The notes under the pieces were generated by a model. That model made no database searches. It had not been told where the DNA came from and saw only the letters and a list, made by a program, of their open reading frames with translations. From contig CAVZMI010000021.1 of the NCBI GenBank assembly GCA_963776275.1, positions 96,001 through 160,000 of the forward strand: 64,000 nt of DNA. The letters are read 5' to 3'. Source of the DNA: Ignavibacteriota bacterium (GTDB lineage: Bacteria; Bacteroidota; Ignavibacteria; UBA10030; CAVZMI01). This document shows, piece after piece, positions 52,933 through 63,548 of this stretch (its first letter is position 1; the number at the start of each line of letters is the position of its first letter). A program made the translations under genes and the position numbers.

Positions 52933-54930
52933 TTACTCCTTCGTCCGATGTAAAAGCGACTTTACAAGAATTTCAATATCGAGCGTCAACGACTGGTTTT
53001 TTGCATAATACAGATTGTACCGTTCTATTTCTTCACGCGTTGTTATACTTCGGGAATTGATCTGCACCATTCCGGTCAGTCCGGCTTTTCCAAGATAGAA
53101 TTCTTTCTTGTCGGTGTGTAAATTTTCGATTCCAATTGTTATTGGGCGACCGACAAAACTGTACGTTCCGCGCAGGACGAGAGGTACATTGCAGATTGCA
53201 GTTGCAAAGGCCGATAAATCTTTCGATCCAAGCAACTTCTTTAAATATACAAAAGGGTAAATCGAAATCAAAAGAAAAATTGAGAAAAGAAGGTCGAAAG
53301 TCCTTTTTGTAATGCGGTTGATGGGTTTATCAATATTATAGTCGATTTCTACCAGCGGAATATCGTCAAGTTGGTCGATATGTGTTTTGCCGATAATTAC
53401 TTCGAGGTTATTGGGTACGAGCCGGAAATTCACCGAGCGCTCTCGACTACGTCCAATCACCGAGAGGATGTCGCCATAGGAAAGTGCGTCGGTTGAGAAA
53501 ATTACATCGGTCACTTTCGCTTCACGAATGACTTTGCCTATATTGTCGATACTCCCGGTGATCTCAACACCCGATACCTTTTCACCCAGCCTCTGACGAT
53601 TGATATCGATGAATCCGACGACATCGTATTCATCATCCGCATGAAGACGGATTTTTCGAAGTACTTCCTGCGCCGAAGAGCTTGTCCCCACAATCAGTGT
53701 GCGCCGGCCAAAGAACAATCTTTCACCGCTTCGACTGAGCAATCGGAGTAACAACCGCCATCCAGGCAAGAATAGAAGATTTTCAATAAATGAGATCCCT
53801 GTCACGGCTCTACTGAATCCGAAACCTTTGAAGAAAAAAACCAAGGCCGAGATGATGGTAAATCCGATCACCACAGCGCCCAATGTCCGCGAAATGGCAT
53901 GCCGCCGTTCGGTATATACACCAAGAAAATACATCGCCAGGACAAGAATCATCGGTGGGACGATATAGATGATTGGATAGGCATAATTTGGAAATGTCCA
54001 TAGCCGTCCCATCCAGATGAGTTCCCCGATTATTTGTGAAATATCGATCAGGATGATGTCACACAGGGGGATAATGCTGTTGCGAAATGCTTTCCATAGA
54101 AAAGCAAAGAGCGTGCGAATCACAATGCCACTTCTGAGAAGGGAAAGGCTGAACCAGGAATTGCTGAGATGTTTCCTGACAAATAAATGCATTGCCTGAT
54201 AAAATATCCTGATTTCATCAAGGTCGCTCCGTTTTGTGCTCTCGCCTTTATAATGTACTATTTGCGTCGAATGAACGTAAAATATTTTCCATCCTGCTTT
54301 TTGAATCCGATAGCACCAATCCAGATCTTCTCCATACATGAAGAATTCCTCATCGAGACCGCCGACCGTTTCAAAGATCCGACGCCGCAGCATCATAAAA
54401 GAACCGCTGATCGCATCAACCTCGTATGTTTCTTCAGGATTAAGATATGTGAGATTATATCGACCTAACAACCGGGAATTGGGAAAGAGCGAAGACAGAC
54501 CGATTATCTTTGTGAATGCAATTAATGGCGTTGGGAAACTCCTCCTGCATGCGATCTGGAGTGTTCCGTTAGGATTCAGAATCTTGCAGCCGGCCATGCC
54601 GACATCGGGATTCTTCTCAAAAAAGTCGACCATTACCTGGAATGTATTTTCCTGAACGATTGTATCGGGATTAATCAGTAATAGATATCTCCCTACCGCC
54701 CGCTGAAGGGCAATATTATTCGCCCGGGCAAAACCGATATTAATCTCGTTCAAAATGAGCTTCACCCCTGGAAACTTCGACCTGATAAGCTCAACACTTC
54801 CATCGTCCGATGCATTATCGACGACAAAGATTTCATGACGAAGATTTTCGGCGGCTTTCGAAATCGAGACAAGCGCGTTATCGAGGAACTCGCGGACGTT
54901 ATAGTTCACTATAATAATCGAGAGATCCAT
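52933..54930 (-). CDS. GT2 glycosyltransferase fused to membrane, Rossmann-like and degenerate sugar-transferase domains
   Basis: [33 protein letters not shown]; C-terminus KRTFD…GLTGMVQIN…SLTLDIEIL. Confidence 0.85.
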   Translation of the reverse strand: MDLSIIIVNYNVREFLDNALVSISKAAENLRHEIFVVDNASDDGSVELIRSKFPGVKLILNEINIGFARANNIALQRAVGRYLLLINPDTIVQENTFQVMVDFFEKNPDVGMAGCKILNPNGTLQIACRRSFPTPLIAFTKIIGLSSLFPNSRLLGRYNLTYLNPEETYEVDAISGSFMMLRRRIFETVGGLDEEFFMYGEDLDWCYRIQKAGWKIFYVHSTQIVHYKGESTKRSDLDEIRIFYQAMHLFVRKHLSNSWFSLSLLRSGIVIRTLFAFLWKAFRNSIIPLCDIILIDISQIIGELIWMGRLWTFPNYAYPIIYIVPPMILVLAMYFLGVYTERRHAISRTLGAVVIGFTIISALVFFFKGFGFSRAVTGISFIENLLFLPGWRLLLRLLSRSGERLFFGRRTLIVGTSSSAQEVLRKIRLHADDEYDVVGFIDINRQRLGEKVSGVEITGSIDNIGKVIREAKVTDVIFSTDALSYGDILSVIGRSRERSVNFRLVPNNLEVIIGKTHIDQLDDIPLVEIDYNIDKPINRITKRTFDLLFSIFLLISIYPFVYLKKLLGSKDLSAFATAICNVPLVLRGTYSFVGRPITIGIENLHTDKKEFYLGKAGLTGMVQINSRSITTREEIERYNLYYAKNQSLTLDIEILVKSLLHRTKE

Positions 54931-55650
54931 TTATGAAAGTCTTCCAATCAGACTATGCCACTTCAGTTTCCAGACCATGAAAATAGCCTCGTACACAATT
55001 TTCTTCGACATCTTTGAAACACCGACCCGACGATCTTCAAAAATAATTGGAATTTCGATCATCCTGAATCCTTTTTTCCATGTTTTGAAATTCATCTCGA
55101 TTTGGAAGGCATAACCGTTCGAGTGGATCGCATCGAGGTCAATATTCTCGAGAACTTTTCGACGGAAACATTTGAAACCGCCTGTTGCATCTTTAATTGG
55201 CATTCCGGTAATGATCCGCGTATAAAGATTCGCCCCATAACTGAGTATTAATCGTTTAAGCGGCCAATTGACAACAGTGACACCGGTAAGATATCTTGAG
55301 CCAATGACGAGATCATAATTCCGGATCTTTTGAAGAAAATTCGGGATTTCACGCGGATCGTGGGAAAAATCAGCATCCATCTCAAATACACAGTCGTAAC
55401 CATTAGTAAGGGCATATCTGAATCCGGCAACGTATGCCGTCCCGAGCCCTTTTTTCCCCTCACGTTCAATCAGGCTGATCCGGTTGTTCGCCGTCATCAT
55501 TTGCTTGACGATCGAGCCTGTCCCGTCCGGTGATGAATCATCGACAACAAGCACATGGAGCGACGATTCGACGGAGAGAACATCATCAATAATCTTCTGG
55601 ATATTATCCGCCTCATTAAATGTGGGTATGACTACAAGTGCTTTTTCCAT
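54931..55650 (-). CDS. Polyprenol monophosphomannose synthase (DPM1-like GT2)
   Basis: IPTFNE, VDDSSPDGT, GLGTAY, EMDADFSH, DATGGF, RRVGVSKM. Confidence 0.9.
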   Translation of the reverse strand: MEKALVVIPTFNEADNIQKIIDDVLSVESSLHVLVVDDSSPDGTGSIVKQMMTANNRISLIEREGKKGLGTAYVAGFRYALTNGYDCVFEMDADFSHDPREIPNFLQKIRNYDLVIGSRYLTGVTVVNWPLKRLILSYGANLYTRIITGMPIKDATGGFKCFRRKVLENIDLDAIHSNGYAFQIEMNFKTWKKGFRMIEIPIIFEDRRVGVSKMSKKIVYEAIFMVWKLKWHSLIGRLS

Positions 55651-55661
55651 TTTTCTCACTA

Positions 55662-56789
55662 TCAATTGTAATTGTCAGGAGTACGACGCATGCCAGAAAA
55701 TTCCTTGATAGCATCCGTTACATATACCAGTTGTTCATCAGTAAGTTCCGGATGAATTGGAAGAGATATCACCTCTGCCGCAATCTTTTCAGCCACGGGG
55801 CAGGCTCCCTTCCCGTATTTGAGATGAGCAAATGCCGGCTGCAAATGAAGAGGAATCGGATAATGGACTGCCCATGGAATTCCCTTTGTCTTCAAAAACT
55901 CTCCCAGGCCATCACGATTCTGAACTCGCAGTGTATATTGATGATAGATATGTCGGTTATATGGTTCCACATATGGCGTAATGACCTGTGCTCCACGAAG
56001 AAGGTTATTATACTTCCCAACGATTTTCCGCCGGCCTTCATTCCATTCATCAAGATATTTCAATTTCACGTTGAGAATTACCGCCTGGATTGTGTCGAGT
56101 CGGCTGTTGACACCCAGTATTTCATGTTGATATCTCACCCGCGATCCATGGTTGCAGATCATCCGCATTTTCTGACACCAAGTTTCATTATTCGTTACCA
56201 TCATACCCGCATCGCCGAATGCACCAAGATTTTTACTTGGAAAGAAGCTGATTGTTCCAATATCGCCAATTCCCCCGGCTTTTCTTCCTTTATATGTTGC
56301 TCCGACCCCCTGAGCATTATCTTCGATAACAGCAATTTTGTGCTTTCGGGCGATTTCCATTATCGTATCCATTTCCGCCGCCTGTCCGTATAGATGCACG
56401 GGAATGATTGCTTTTGTTTTCGGAGTAATTGCAGCCTCAATTTTAGACGCATCAATGTTATATGTTCGTTCGTCAATATCGACATACACCGGCGTTGCCC
56501 CGAGCAGTACAACCGTTTCCGCCGTCGCTACAAATGTAAACGGCGTTGTGACGACCTCGTCTCCGGATTTGATATTTAATGCCATCATCGCGACCTGTAG
56601 CGCATCAGTACCCGAAGCACATGCCACTGCATATTTGACGTCGAGATAGCTTGCAATGGCATTTTCAAGTTCTGCGACCTCTTTCCCGAGGATAAAATAG
56701 CCGGAATCAAGCACCCGCTGAATAGCCGAATCGAATTCAGATTTATGTTTTTTATACTGAAGTTGAATATCTGTCATTGGTACGATCAT
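55662..56789 (-). CDS. DegT/DnrJ/EryC1/StrS aminotransferase
   Basis: SGTDAL, VHLYGQ, EDNAQ, SFFPSKNLGAFGDAG, NSRLD. Confidence 0.93.
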   Translation of the reverse strand: MIVPMTDIQLQYKKHKSEFDSAIQRVLDSGYFILGKEVAELENAIASYLDVKYAVACASGTDALQVAMMALNIKSGDEVVTTPFTFVATAETVVLLGATPVYVDIDERTYNIDASKIEAAITPKTKAIIPVHLYGQAAEMDTIMEIARKHKIAVIEDNAQGVGATYKGRKAGGIGDIGTISFFPSKNLGAFGDAGMMVTNNETWCQKMRMICNHGSRVRYQHEILGVNSRLDTIQAVILNVKLKYLDEWNEGRRKIVGKYNNLLRGAQVITPYVEPYNRHIYHQYTLRVQNRDGLGEFLKTKGIPWAVHYPIPLHLQPAFAHLKYGKGACPVAEKIAAEVISLPIHPELTDEQLVYVTDAIKEFSGMRRTPDNYN

Positions 56790-56841
56790 CGGTCTTCCCT
56801 TGTGTGATAAATATCAGTTAATAAGTGATATGTCTTTCCCA

Positions 56842-57311
56842 AAGGAAAAATTAAAAATTATAAAGGAAAAAGTATTACATGACAAACACAAATTATTATT
56901 TCTTTGGTGAAATATTTCTCGAAATCTTCGACGTTATTGATCCTAATATCAACATTAACTCTTTTGCCTCACCTTGGATTTCTTTGATATCATCATTATG
57001 TTTGTTTTCAATCGCGGCTATAATTTTTATCCAATAGTTTGCTTCTCTAATTTCCTTCAAAGCGATATTGAGTTTATTCTTAAAATCTGCTCGCGATGAC
57101 GCAGCTTGAGCTTCCTCATAATTCGCTCCTACTGATGTTATAGCTTTGATCAGTTGATGCTTTATATCCCGTAATTCGACATCATTTGGTAATTTCCGGA
57201 GAAAAAGAATTACTCTGATTGTGAAATCAAATATCCTTTTATCTAGGTCTATGTTCATACATACATTGTAAACTTTTATAATTTTTAATTTTTACTTTTT
57301 AATTTTTCCTT
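56842..57311. repeat. AT-rich inverted repeats bracketing the four-helix-bundle gene
   Basis: aaggaaaaattaaaaa (56842-57) / tttttaatttttcctt (57296-311), 16 bp perfect; aaaaattaaaaattataaa (56846-64) / 57275-93, 19 bp perfect. Confidence 0.8.
56896..57258 (-). CDS. Four helix bundle protein (23S rRNA IVS protein-like family)
   Basis: QLIKAITSVGANYEEAQAASSRADFKNKLNIALKEIREANYW. Confidence 0.9.
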   Translation of the reverse strand: MNIDLDKRIFDFTIRVILFLRKLPNDVELRDIKHQLIKAITSVGANYEEAQAASSRADFKNKLNIALKEIREANYWIKIIAAIENKHNDDIKEIQGEAKELMLILGSITSKISRNISPKK

Positions 57312-57315
57312 GCTT

Positions 57316-58713
57316 TTACGCATGCCCTCTCCCCATCAACATGACATAGATCGTATTCAGAATGATTTTAATATCCATTCGAAGCGACATATTTTCGATA
57401 TAGAACAGATCGTACTGCAATTTTATTTTTACATCCTCGAGCGATTCATCATATTTATGCTTTACCTGAGCCCAGCCCGTAATTCCCGGACGGACCTTAA
57501 GTCTTCGCGGGTAGAGCGGAATTTCTTTCGATAATTTTTCGACAAAAAATGAACGTTCCGGCCGGGGACCGACGAGGCTCATATCACCCTGAAAGACATT
57601 AATGAACTGTGGGATCTCATCGAGATGTGCTTTTCTTAAAAACCACCCGAATGTCGTTACACGTGGATCTTTCTTTCCGGCCCACTGCGGGCCATATTTT
57701 TCTGCATCGCCCCGCATCGATCGGAATTTATAAATAATGAATTCCTTTCCATCTTTTCCAACACGTGCTTGTTTGTACAATACCGGACCCCGTGAATCGA
57801 TCTTGATGATCAGAGCTATGATCAGCCAGACCGGGAATCCGATGACAAGAACGCAGGATGAAAAACCGATATCGATGAGTCTTTTGAGGCTTTGTTCCCA
57901 AGGTGGCATGATTTCCGGCATAATTTCGATCAGCGGAAATCCATATATCTGATTCGTCCTTGCCTGACCGCTGATGATATCGTACATATCGGGCATTATT
58001 TTAATGCCGACATACTGCTCATCGCTATATCGGATTACTTCAAGCAGCTTCTCATGCTCGGTTGATTCAAGAGCTACGATTAATTCTTGAATGCGAAATT
58101 TCTTGATCAAGACAGGAAGGTTCTGCAGCACTCCGACAATACGTATATTTTTGTACGACATAATTTGTTTTCGTTTATCTGTGCGGACAAAACCGACGAT
58201 TGTATACCCGAGTGCAGGGTGCTGCTCGATCATATCGTACATATTTTTTGCCTTTTGAGACCAACCGATGATTAATGAACGGCGTAACCCAATACCCGCC
58301 CGAAGCAGGCGACGTTGAACACTCCGAATAGCGAGCCGACCGCCTCCGACAAAGAGCAGCATGATACCCCAGTAGAGCAGGATTAGCAGTCGCGAGATAG
58401 CCGGAGAGTTATTTGAAGTATCATCGATAAAGATGAGGAAAAAAAGGATTACGATTCCGATTGTGATGGTCTTGAATAAAAGCGCAAACTCGTCGAAGCG
58501 CGACTTTGCATACCAGGGACGGTAGAGTCCGACAAATGTGAAGAGGATCAGCCAGTAGCAATAGATGACGATCATCGGTACCCAGAGTTCCGGTTCCACA
58601 ACGTAGGCGATCCAATTCGATTCGATTCGTATGAGGTAATAGGCCACCCATGCGATGTTGATGGTCAGGAAGTCGATGAAAAAAAGCTGCAATTTATCCC
58701 GGAGTATTGTCAT
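57316..58713 (-). CDS. Undecaprenyl-phosphate sugar phosphotransferase (WcaJ/WbaP-like priming transferase)
   Basis: N-terminal TMs; KRLID, YKFRSM, DPRVT, DEIPQ, SLVGPRPE, PGITGWAQV. Confidence 0.92.
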   Translation of the reverse strand: MTILRDKLQLFFIDFLTINIAWVAYYLIRIESNWIAYVVEPELWVPMIVIYCYWLILFTFVGLYRPWYAKSRFDEFALLFKTITIGIVILFFLIFIDDTSNNSPAISRLLILLYWGIMLLFVGGGRLAIRSVQRRLLRAGIGLRRSLIIGWSQKAKNMYDMIEQHPALGYTIVGFVRTDKRKQIMSYKNIRIVGVLQNLPVLIKKFRIQELIVALESTEHEKLLEVIRYSDEQYVGIKIMPDMYDIISGQARTNQIYGFPLIEIMPEIMPPWEQSLKRLIDIGFSSCVLVIGFPVWLIIALIIKIDSRGPVLYKQARVGKDGKEFIIYKFRSMRGDAEKYGPQWAGKKDPRVTTFGWFLRKAHLDEIPQFINVFQGDMSLVGPRPERSFFVEKLSKEIPLYPRRLKVRPGITGWAQVKHKYDESLEDVKIKLQYDLFYIENMSLRMDIKIILNTIYVMLMGRGHA

Positions 58714-59273
58714 TTCAGTGTAATATAACAAGATTTTTTTAAGGAATCGAGACAATATGCTTACGATGAGGCTTTAGCATATACCTACCCCGTAAAGGGA
58801 CGAGAGAATCAAAGCAAGATGGTAGGAACACCAAATCCTCGCCTATGTCAGAGAAAAAAACGTTCGAGTATGACGTGAAACCATAACCCTTTATCGTTCT
58901 ACTTAGTATCGACAAAACCGTTCAAACGATTCCTTTTACGAAGGATTGATTCCGTAATTCACGGATAAATCTGTGTGTTTGTGCAATCCTATTACTTTCA
59001 ATAGTGGTGAAAAATAAACAGGGGCAACAGATATATTGTATTGCACAAACCCATAACTTCAGTCATGGGTTAAAAATCTTAGCAATGAGATTCAGTTAAA
59101 CCGTCTCTAATTTATCGACATGTGCTACTATTTGTGAAAAAATATTTGTACCCTTATATTATCTATGTTGCCCCGGTTTGTGGGTTTTCTCTTTCCGCTT
59201 GCTTTTTAACGCTGCCACGTTCCGGAGTTCATTACACGAGTAATAGCCAATTCAATTCGGTTGAAGGAATACC

Positions 59274-60968
59274 ATGAAAACGATTTACCAATTAACGATA
59301 CTTACTTCGGCATTGTTTTTTTTGCACGGATATGGGATTGCACAACAGGATCTTATTCCGAGCTCCCATCCCGTCTACCGCTATCTATTCAGGCAAGAGA
59401 TTCACAATACCATCGAGGGATTCAATTGGGGTATGCTTCCTTTAAGCCGTCACGAAATTTTATCATATCTCGATTCGCTTCGCGATAGAAATGCACAAGG
59501 AAAAATCCATCTGACGTCCACTGATCAACAATTACTCAAAGAATATAGATCAAATTTTCTGATGCAAGGACCAGAATTCGACTCGACAACAACATCATTT
59601 CTCTCCAATCCGGATTTTTCAACACTATTTGAAGACAACCAGCAAAAATACCTTTACAGGTATTCCGATTCGACGGTATCGCTGACTGCCGACGGCTTTG
59701 GGTTTCTGACACGCCGAATGGGCAGGGGCGATTCTATCGGAAATCGGTTTGCGTCACTCGGTGAACTCGGCTTTCGTCTTCGAGGAACGTTTCATAACAC
59801 CCTTGGATTTTATCTGCAAGCATCGAATGGAGCCCTATTGAATGGTTCGCGCGACTTTGCTACTCAGTTCGATAACCATCTGGCCACAAATCGCAAATTC
59901 CTTTCGTCCGAAGCCAGGTATTTCGATTATACGATCGGGTATTTACGATATGCGAACAATTGGCTTTCATTGACTGCTGGCCGTGATCAGATTTTATGGG
60001 GAATGGGGTATGGAGACCGTGCCGTGTTCTCGGATAATACGGTGCCGTTTGATTTCTACAAAATAGACATCACCCATGGATCCTTCCATTACTCTTTTTT
60101 GCACGGGAGTCTTGTTGGAGCAAATACGAGCGGTTATACGTTGTCGTCGAAATATATCGCTACTCATCGCGTGGAGTTTTCTTTGGGATCCCGCGTCCGA
60201 CTTGGTTTCAGCGAGATAGTACTCTATTCCAATCAGCCGATGAATTTCGCCATGATGAATCCATTCATTTTTCTGACGAGCGCCGAACTATCGTCCGAAC
60301 TGCCGCAAAAAGACGACAACAGTCACAATACATTGATTTTTATTGATGCTGAAGTGCATCCCTTCAGGGACCTACGCTGGTTTGGATCAATGTTAATTGA
60401 TGATATGAGTTTTTCCTACGTCGGAAAATCAGATATCAAAGCGAATACAAACAAATTCGGATGGCATACAGGAATCTCTATCTATAATCCCCTTTCAATT
60501 TCTGGTACAACATTTATCCTCGAATACACCCGTATCAATCCATTCGTCATGACACATTGGACCAACGTGAATTCTTATACAAATTGGAATTTATCTCTCG
60601 GAAGCTCGGTCCAACCGAATTCCGACGAGTGGTTGTTCGGTGTTGATTGCGATATCACAGCACGACTCTTCTTGACGAGCAGAATCAAAATCCAACGAGC
60701 GGGTGAAAATATTTATGATAGTCAGGAGAACGTCATTTTCGATGCAGGGAGCGATCTCTTGCACGGTTCCGGTCATCTTGATCATCCTAATAGCTTTCTT
60801 GAAGGTGCTAGAGTGAACCGGTCGATCGTATCGCTCGGGATTTCCTGGCAGGTGGTCAGACAATATTACATCGAAATGAATTATTTCCAACGCTTCATTC
60901 ATTATACGGCGAATGATCGACGGATGAGCGATTCAATTCTATGGCTCACCATGCGTCTCGATTACTAG
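59274..60968 (+). CDS. Capsule assembly Wzi-family outer-membrane protein
   Basis: Signal peptide; GRDQILWG.G…FSDN, HRVEF, FSEIVLY, EYTRINPF; polysaccharide locus context. Confidence 0.72.
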   Translation: MKTIYQLTILTSALFFLHGYGIAQQDLIPSSHPVYRYLFRQEIHNTIEGFNWGMLPLSRHEILSYLDSLRDRNAQGKIHLTSTDQQLLKEYRSNFLMQGPEFDSTTTSFLSNPDFSTLFEDNQQKYLYRYSDSTVSLTADGFGFLTRRMGRGDSIGNRFASLGELGFRLRGTFHNTLGFYLQASNGALLNGSRDFATQFDNHLATNRKFLSSEARYFDYTIGYLRYANNWLSLTAGRDQILWGMGYGDRAVFSDNTVPFDFYKIDITHGSFHYSFLHGSLVGANTSGYTLSSKYIATHRVEFSLGSRVRLGFSEIVLYSNQPMNFAMMNPFIFLTSAELSSELPQKDDNSHNTLIFIDAEVHPFRDLRWFGSMLIDDMSFSYVGKSDIKANTNKFGWHTGISIYNPLSISGTTFILEYTRINPFVMTHWTNVNSYTNWNLSLGSSVQPNSDEWLFGVDCDITARLFLTSRIKIQRAGENIYDSQENVIFDAGSDLLHGSGHLDHPNSFLEGARVNRSIVSLGISWQVVRQYYIEMNYFQRFIHYTANDRRMSDSILWLTMRLDY

Positions 60969-61073
60969 TAATGATGCAATTCAATGATTGAAAGGTACCA
61001 GCATTCTAGAACTTTCTCATTCATTAACTTTTTACCTTATTGAGAATGGGTCAATCTTGATGGGAACTACGGG

Positions 61074-62063
61074 TCAATTTTCTACGGAATTTACAATGGA
61101 ATGATCTCTTTGTTCTAAGTACCAATTGACAAATTTGGAAATACCCTCTTCCATGGTATAGGGAGGTCGAAATCCCAAAGAGAATATTAATTGTGCCCGA
61201 TGACATGTCGACGTATTAAATTTCCGTATTCGTGCTGTCGTAATTGGAATATCTTTATGAGTCAAGTAACCAATTATATCAAAAATACTTGCACATCCTA
61301 TCGCTGCCCAGGTGGGAATCTTCAGAGTTGGCATTTTCACACTTGCTTTTTTTGCTATCAATTCAACTAATTCTCTTGTTGTTCTTTGCGGCTCATCGGA
61401 ATAGTTATAAGTACTGACTCCTGGTTTCATCAATGAAAGTAAAAATATTGTTGCTTGAACGAGATTTTCAACATAGGCTATGGATTTGATATTTAAACCA
61501 TCTCCAATCCAATAAAAACGTCGATCGCATACTTGTTTTACAAGGCGGAAAATATTTGCTTGATTGTGGGGACCAAAGACAACGGCAGGTCTGATAATAG
61601 AAACCTTTCGGTCATTATTTTCTTGAGCCCATGCGTGAATCAATTTTTCAGCTTCCCATTTAGAAATACCGTAATGATTGTTGGGAGAAGGTACGGTCTC
61701 ATCGGAAGATGGTTGATGAGTACCGTACACTGCAACTGAACTATAAAAAATGAATTTTTTGATGTCCTGCTCTGCTGCAATATCGAGCAGCACATGTGTT
61801 CCTTCAACATTTACTTTATAATATTGGTCTTGTGTAATTCCAAAATCTTTATGTTCTGCTGCGAGATGGACGATGCAATCAACTCCGGAAGTAACTTTTC
61901 GAACGACATCTTTATCTAAAATATTACCTTCAACCTGTACAAAGTTCTTTAGAATATCCGTACGCGGTCTTATATCAAGTCCCCGAATACTATATTCTTT
62001 CTCGATAAGAGCGCTTGTCAGATACCGCCCAATAAATCCAGCATTACCGGTTATAAGTATCAT
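61074..62063 (-). CDS. NAD-dependent epimerase/dehydratase
   Basis: ITGNAGFIG, HLAA, NVEGT, SSVAVYG, YGISK. Confidence 0.9.
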   Translation of the reverse strand: MILITGNAGFIGRYLTSALIEKEYSIRGLDIRPRTDILKNFVQVEGNILDKDVVRKVTSGVDCIVHLAAEHKDFGITQDQYYKVNVEGTHVLLDIAAEQDIKKFIFYSSVAVYGTHQPSSDETVPSPNNHYGISKWEAEKLIHAWAQENNDRKVSIIRPAVVFGPHNQANIFRLVKQVCDRRFYWIGDGLNIKSIAYVENLVQATIFLLSLMKPGVSTYNYSDEPQRTTRELVELIAKKASVKMPTLKIPTWAAIGCASIFDIIGYLTHKDIPITTARIRKFNTSTCHRAQLIFSLGFRPPYTMEEGISKFVNWYLEQRDHSIVNSVEN

Positions 62064-62120
62064 CTAACCCTTTCAAAGATTTTGTCGACCGAGCGAATCA
62101 TCGTAATTTGGAAAAAAGGA

Positions 62121-63293
62121 TTAAGAAAACTTCATTTCCCTTGAAAATATTTCTCCTATTATCGACCATGTATGGTGATCCTGTACCCATTGTCTGGCTT
62201 TTTCTCCGACGGCCTGCCTTTTTTTCTCATCATCAAACAATTGAACGACAGTTTCCGCATAATTATCAATATTTTTTGCAACAAGATAGTGTTCCCCGGT
62301 AATAGCCCTTATACCATCGGCTGCTATGGGTGTCGTTACGACCGTCTTACCAAGAGCCATGGCCTCAAGGATTTTATTTTGCATGCCTGCTCCAATTCTC
62401 ATCGGGGCTACAACAACTTTTGATTTTCCCAGTATCGCATAAGGATCCTCAACCCATCCCGTGACTTCAACCCCCGGTAACGCCGAAAGGTCTCGAACTC
62501 GCCGTGTTGGCGCTGCACCCACAATAAGGAAACGTGCATTGGATCGTTCTCGGCGTATCAATGGAAAAATATCTCTCGCAAAATAGCAAGCGGCATCCAC
62601 ATTTGCTACCGTATCCATTTTCCCGATAAAACAAATTGTATCCGTCTTATCCTCCTCATATTTTTTTTCGAGGAGTGCATTCGATACTGCGACAGGAGCT
62701 ACAATAATTTTATTCGGATCGCATCCCTGATGAACGAGAAACTCTTTATCACGGCCGGAAACAATAAATGCTTTCTGATATTGCTGTGTCGCTTTTCGTT
62801 CACAATTCTGTACGCGTGACTTCTCATATTGATAAATGAGTTTCCAAAAGCCTATAGATTTAGTTAAGGCTTCCGAATAGTTAAAAGAGATAGCATCATG
62901 AAGGTCTATCCATTTGGGAATAACTCGATTTTCAATATATGGCGACATCCGAATATGATTGACAATAATACCATCGTATTCGCTGAGATGCTGATCAAGC
63001 CATGAGTTTACTGCAGCGAACTTGTAATATGCGACTTGAAGTGCCTCTCCTTGTAACAATCCGCGGATTGCATTCAAGGAATATCTTAATCTAGGGTAAG
63101 GAAATACGATGACGTGACGAAAGACTTTTTGCACCTGTTCAATCATATCCGGATCAAGAGCACCTTCGTGGAGCGCAAGCAGATCAAGATTGTGATAACG
63201 GGAGAGATATTTACCAAAATTAAAAATTCTTATCCGATCTCCACCCACGAGTGGGTACGGCAGTCTTGAGCTTATGACAAGAATATTGTTCAT
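62121..63293 (-). CDS. GT4-family glycosyltransferase
   Basis: PYPLVGGDRIR, APMRIGAGMQNKILEAMALG. Confidence 0.88.
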   Translation of the reverse strand: MNNILVISSRLPYPLVGGDRIRIFNFGKYLSRYHNLDLLALHEGALDPDMIEQVQKVFRHVIVFPYPRLRYSLNAIRGLLQGEALQVAYYKFAAVNSWLDQHLSEYDGIIVNHIRMSPYIENRVIPKWIDLHDAISFNYSEALTKSIGFWKLIYQYEKSRVQNCERKATQQYQKAFIVSGRDKEFLVHQGCDPNKIIVAPVAVSNALLEKKYEEDKTDTICFIGKMDTVANVDAACYFARDIFPLIRRERSNARFLIVGAAPTRRVRDLSALPGVEVTGWVEDPYAILGKSKVVVAPMRIGAGMQNKILEAMALGKTVVTTPIAADGIRAITGEHYLVAKNIDNYAETVVQLFDDEKKRQAVGEKARQWVQDHHTWSIIGEIFSREMKFS

Positions 63294-63548
63294 AAAAGAA
63301 TGGGCTTTAAGAGTATCAACTATATCTCACCAGTAAATCAAATATTCCACATTTTTCTTTCATCGATATTTTCTGTTGAAAAAAAACAGCCCCATCTCGG
63401 TTCATCCGCTTAGTCTTTGGGAAGGTACGGCACATTTCATTTTTATTTGATATTGCATAGTCTTGTAATCACTAATATAATAATGTTAGTTTACATTCTA
63501 ATAACCAAACCAACAATACAAACTTCATCCTAAGATATTCAAGACTAT

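Noticed and set aside
56896-57258. DGR accessory protein Avd
   Set aside because: Same fold family, but no RT or TR/VR pair nearby; motifs fit the generic four-helix-bundle family.
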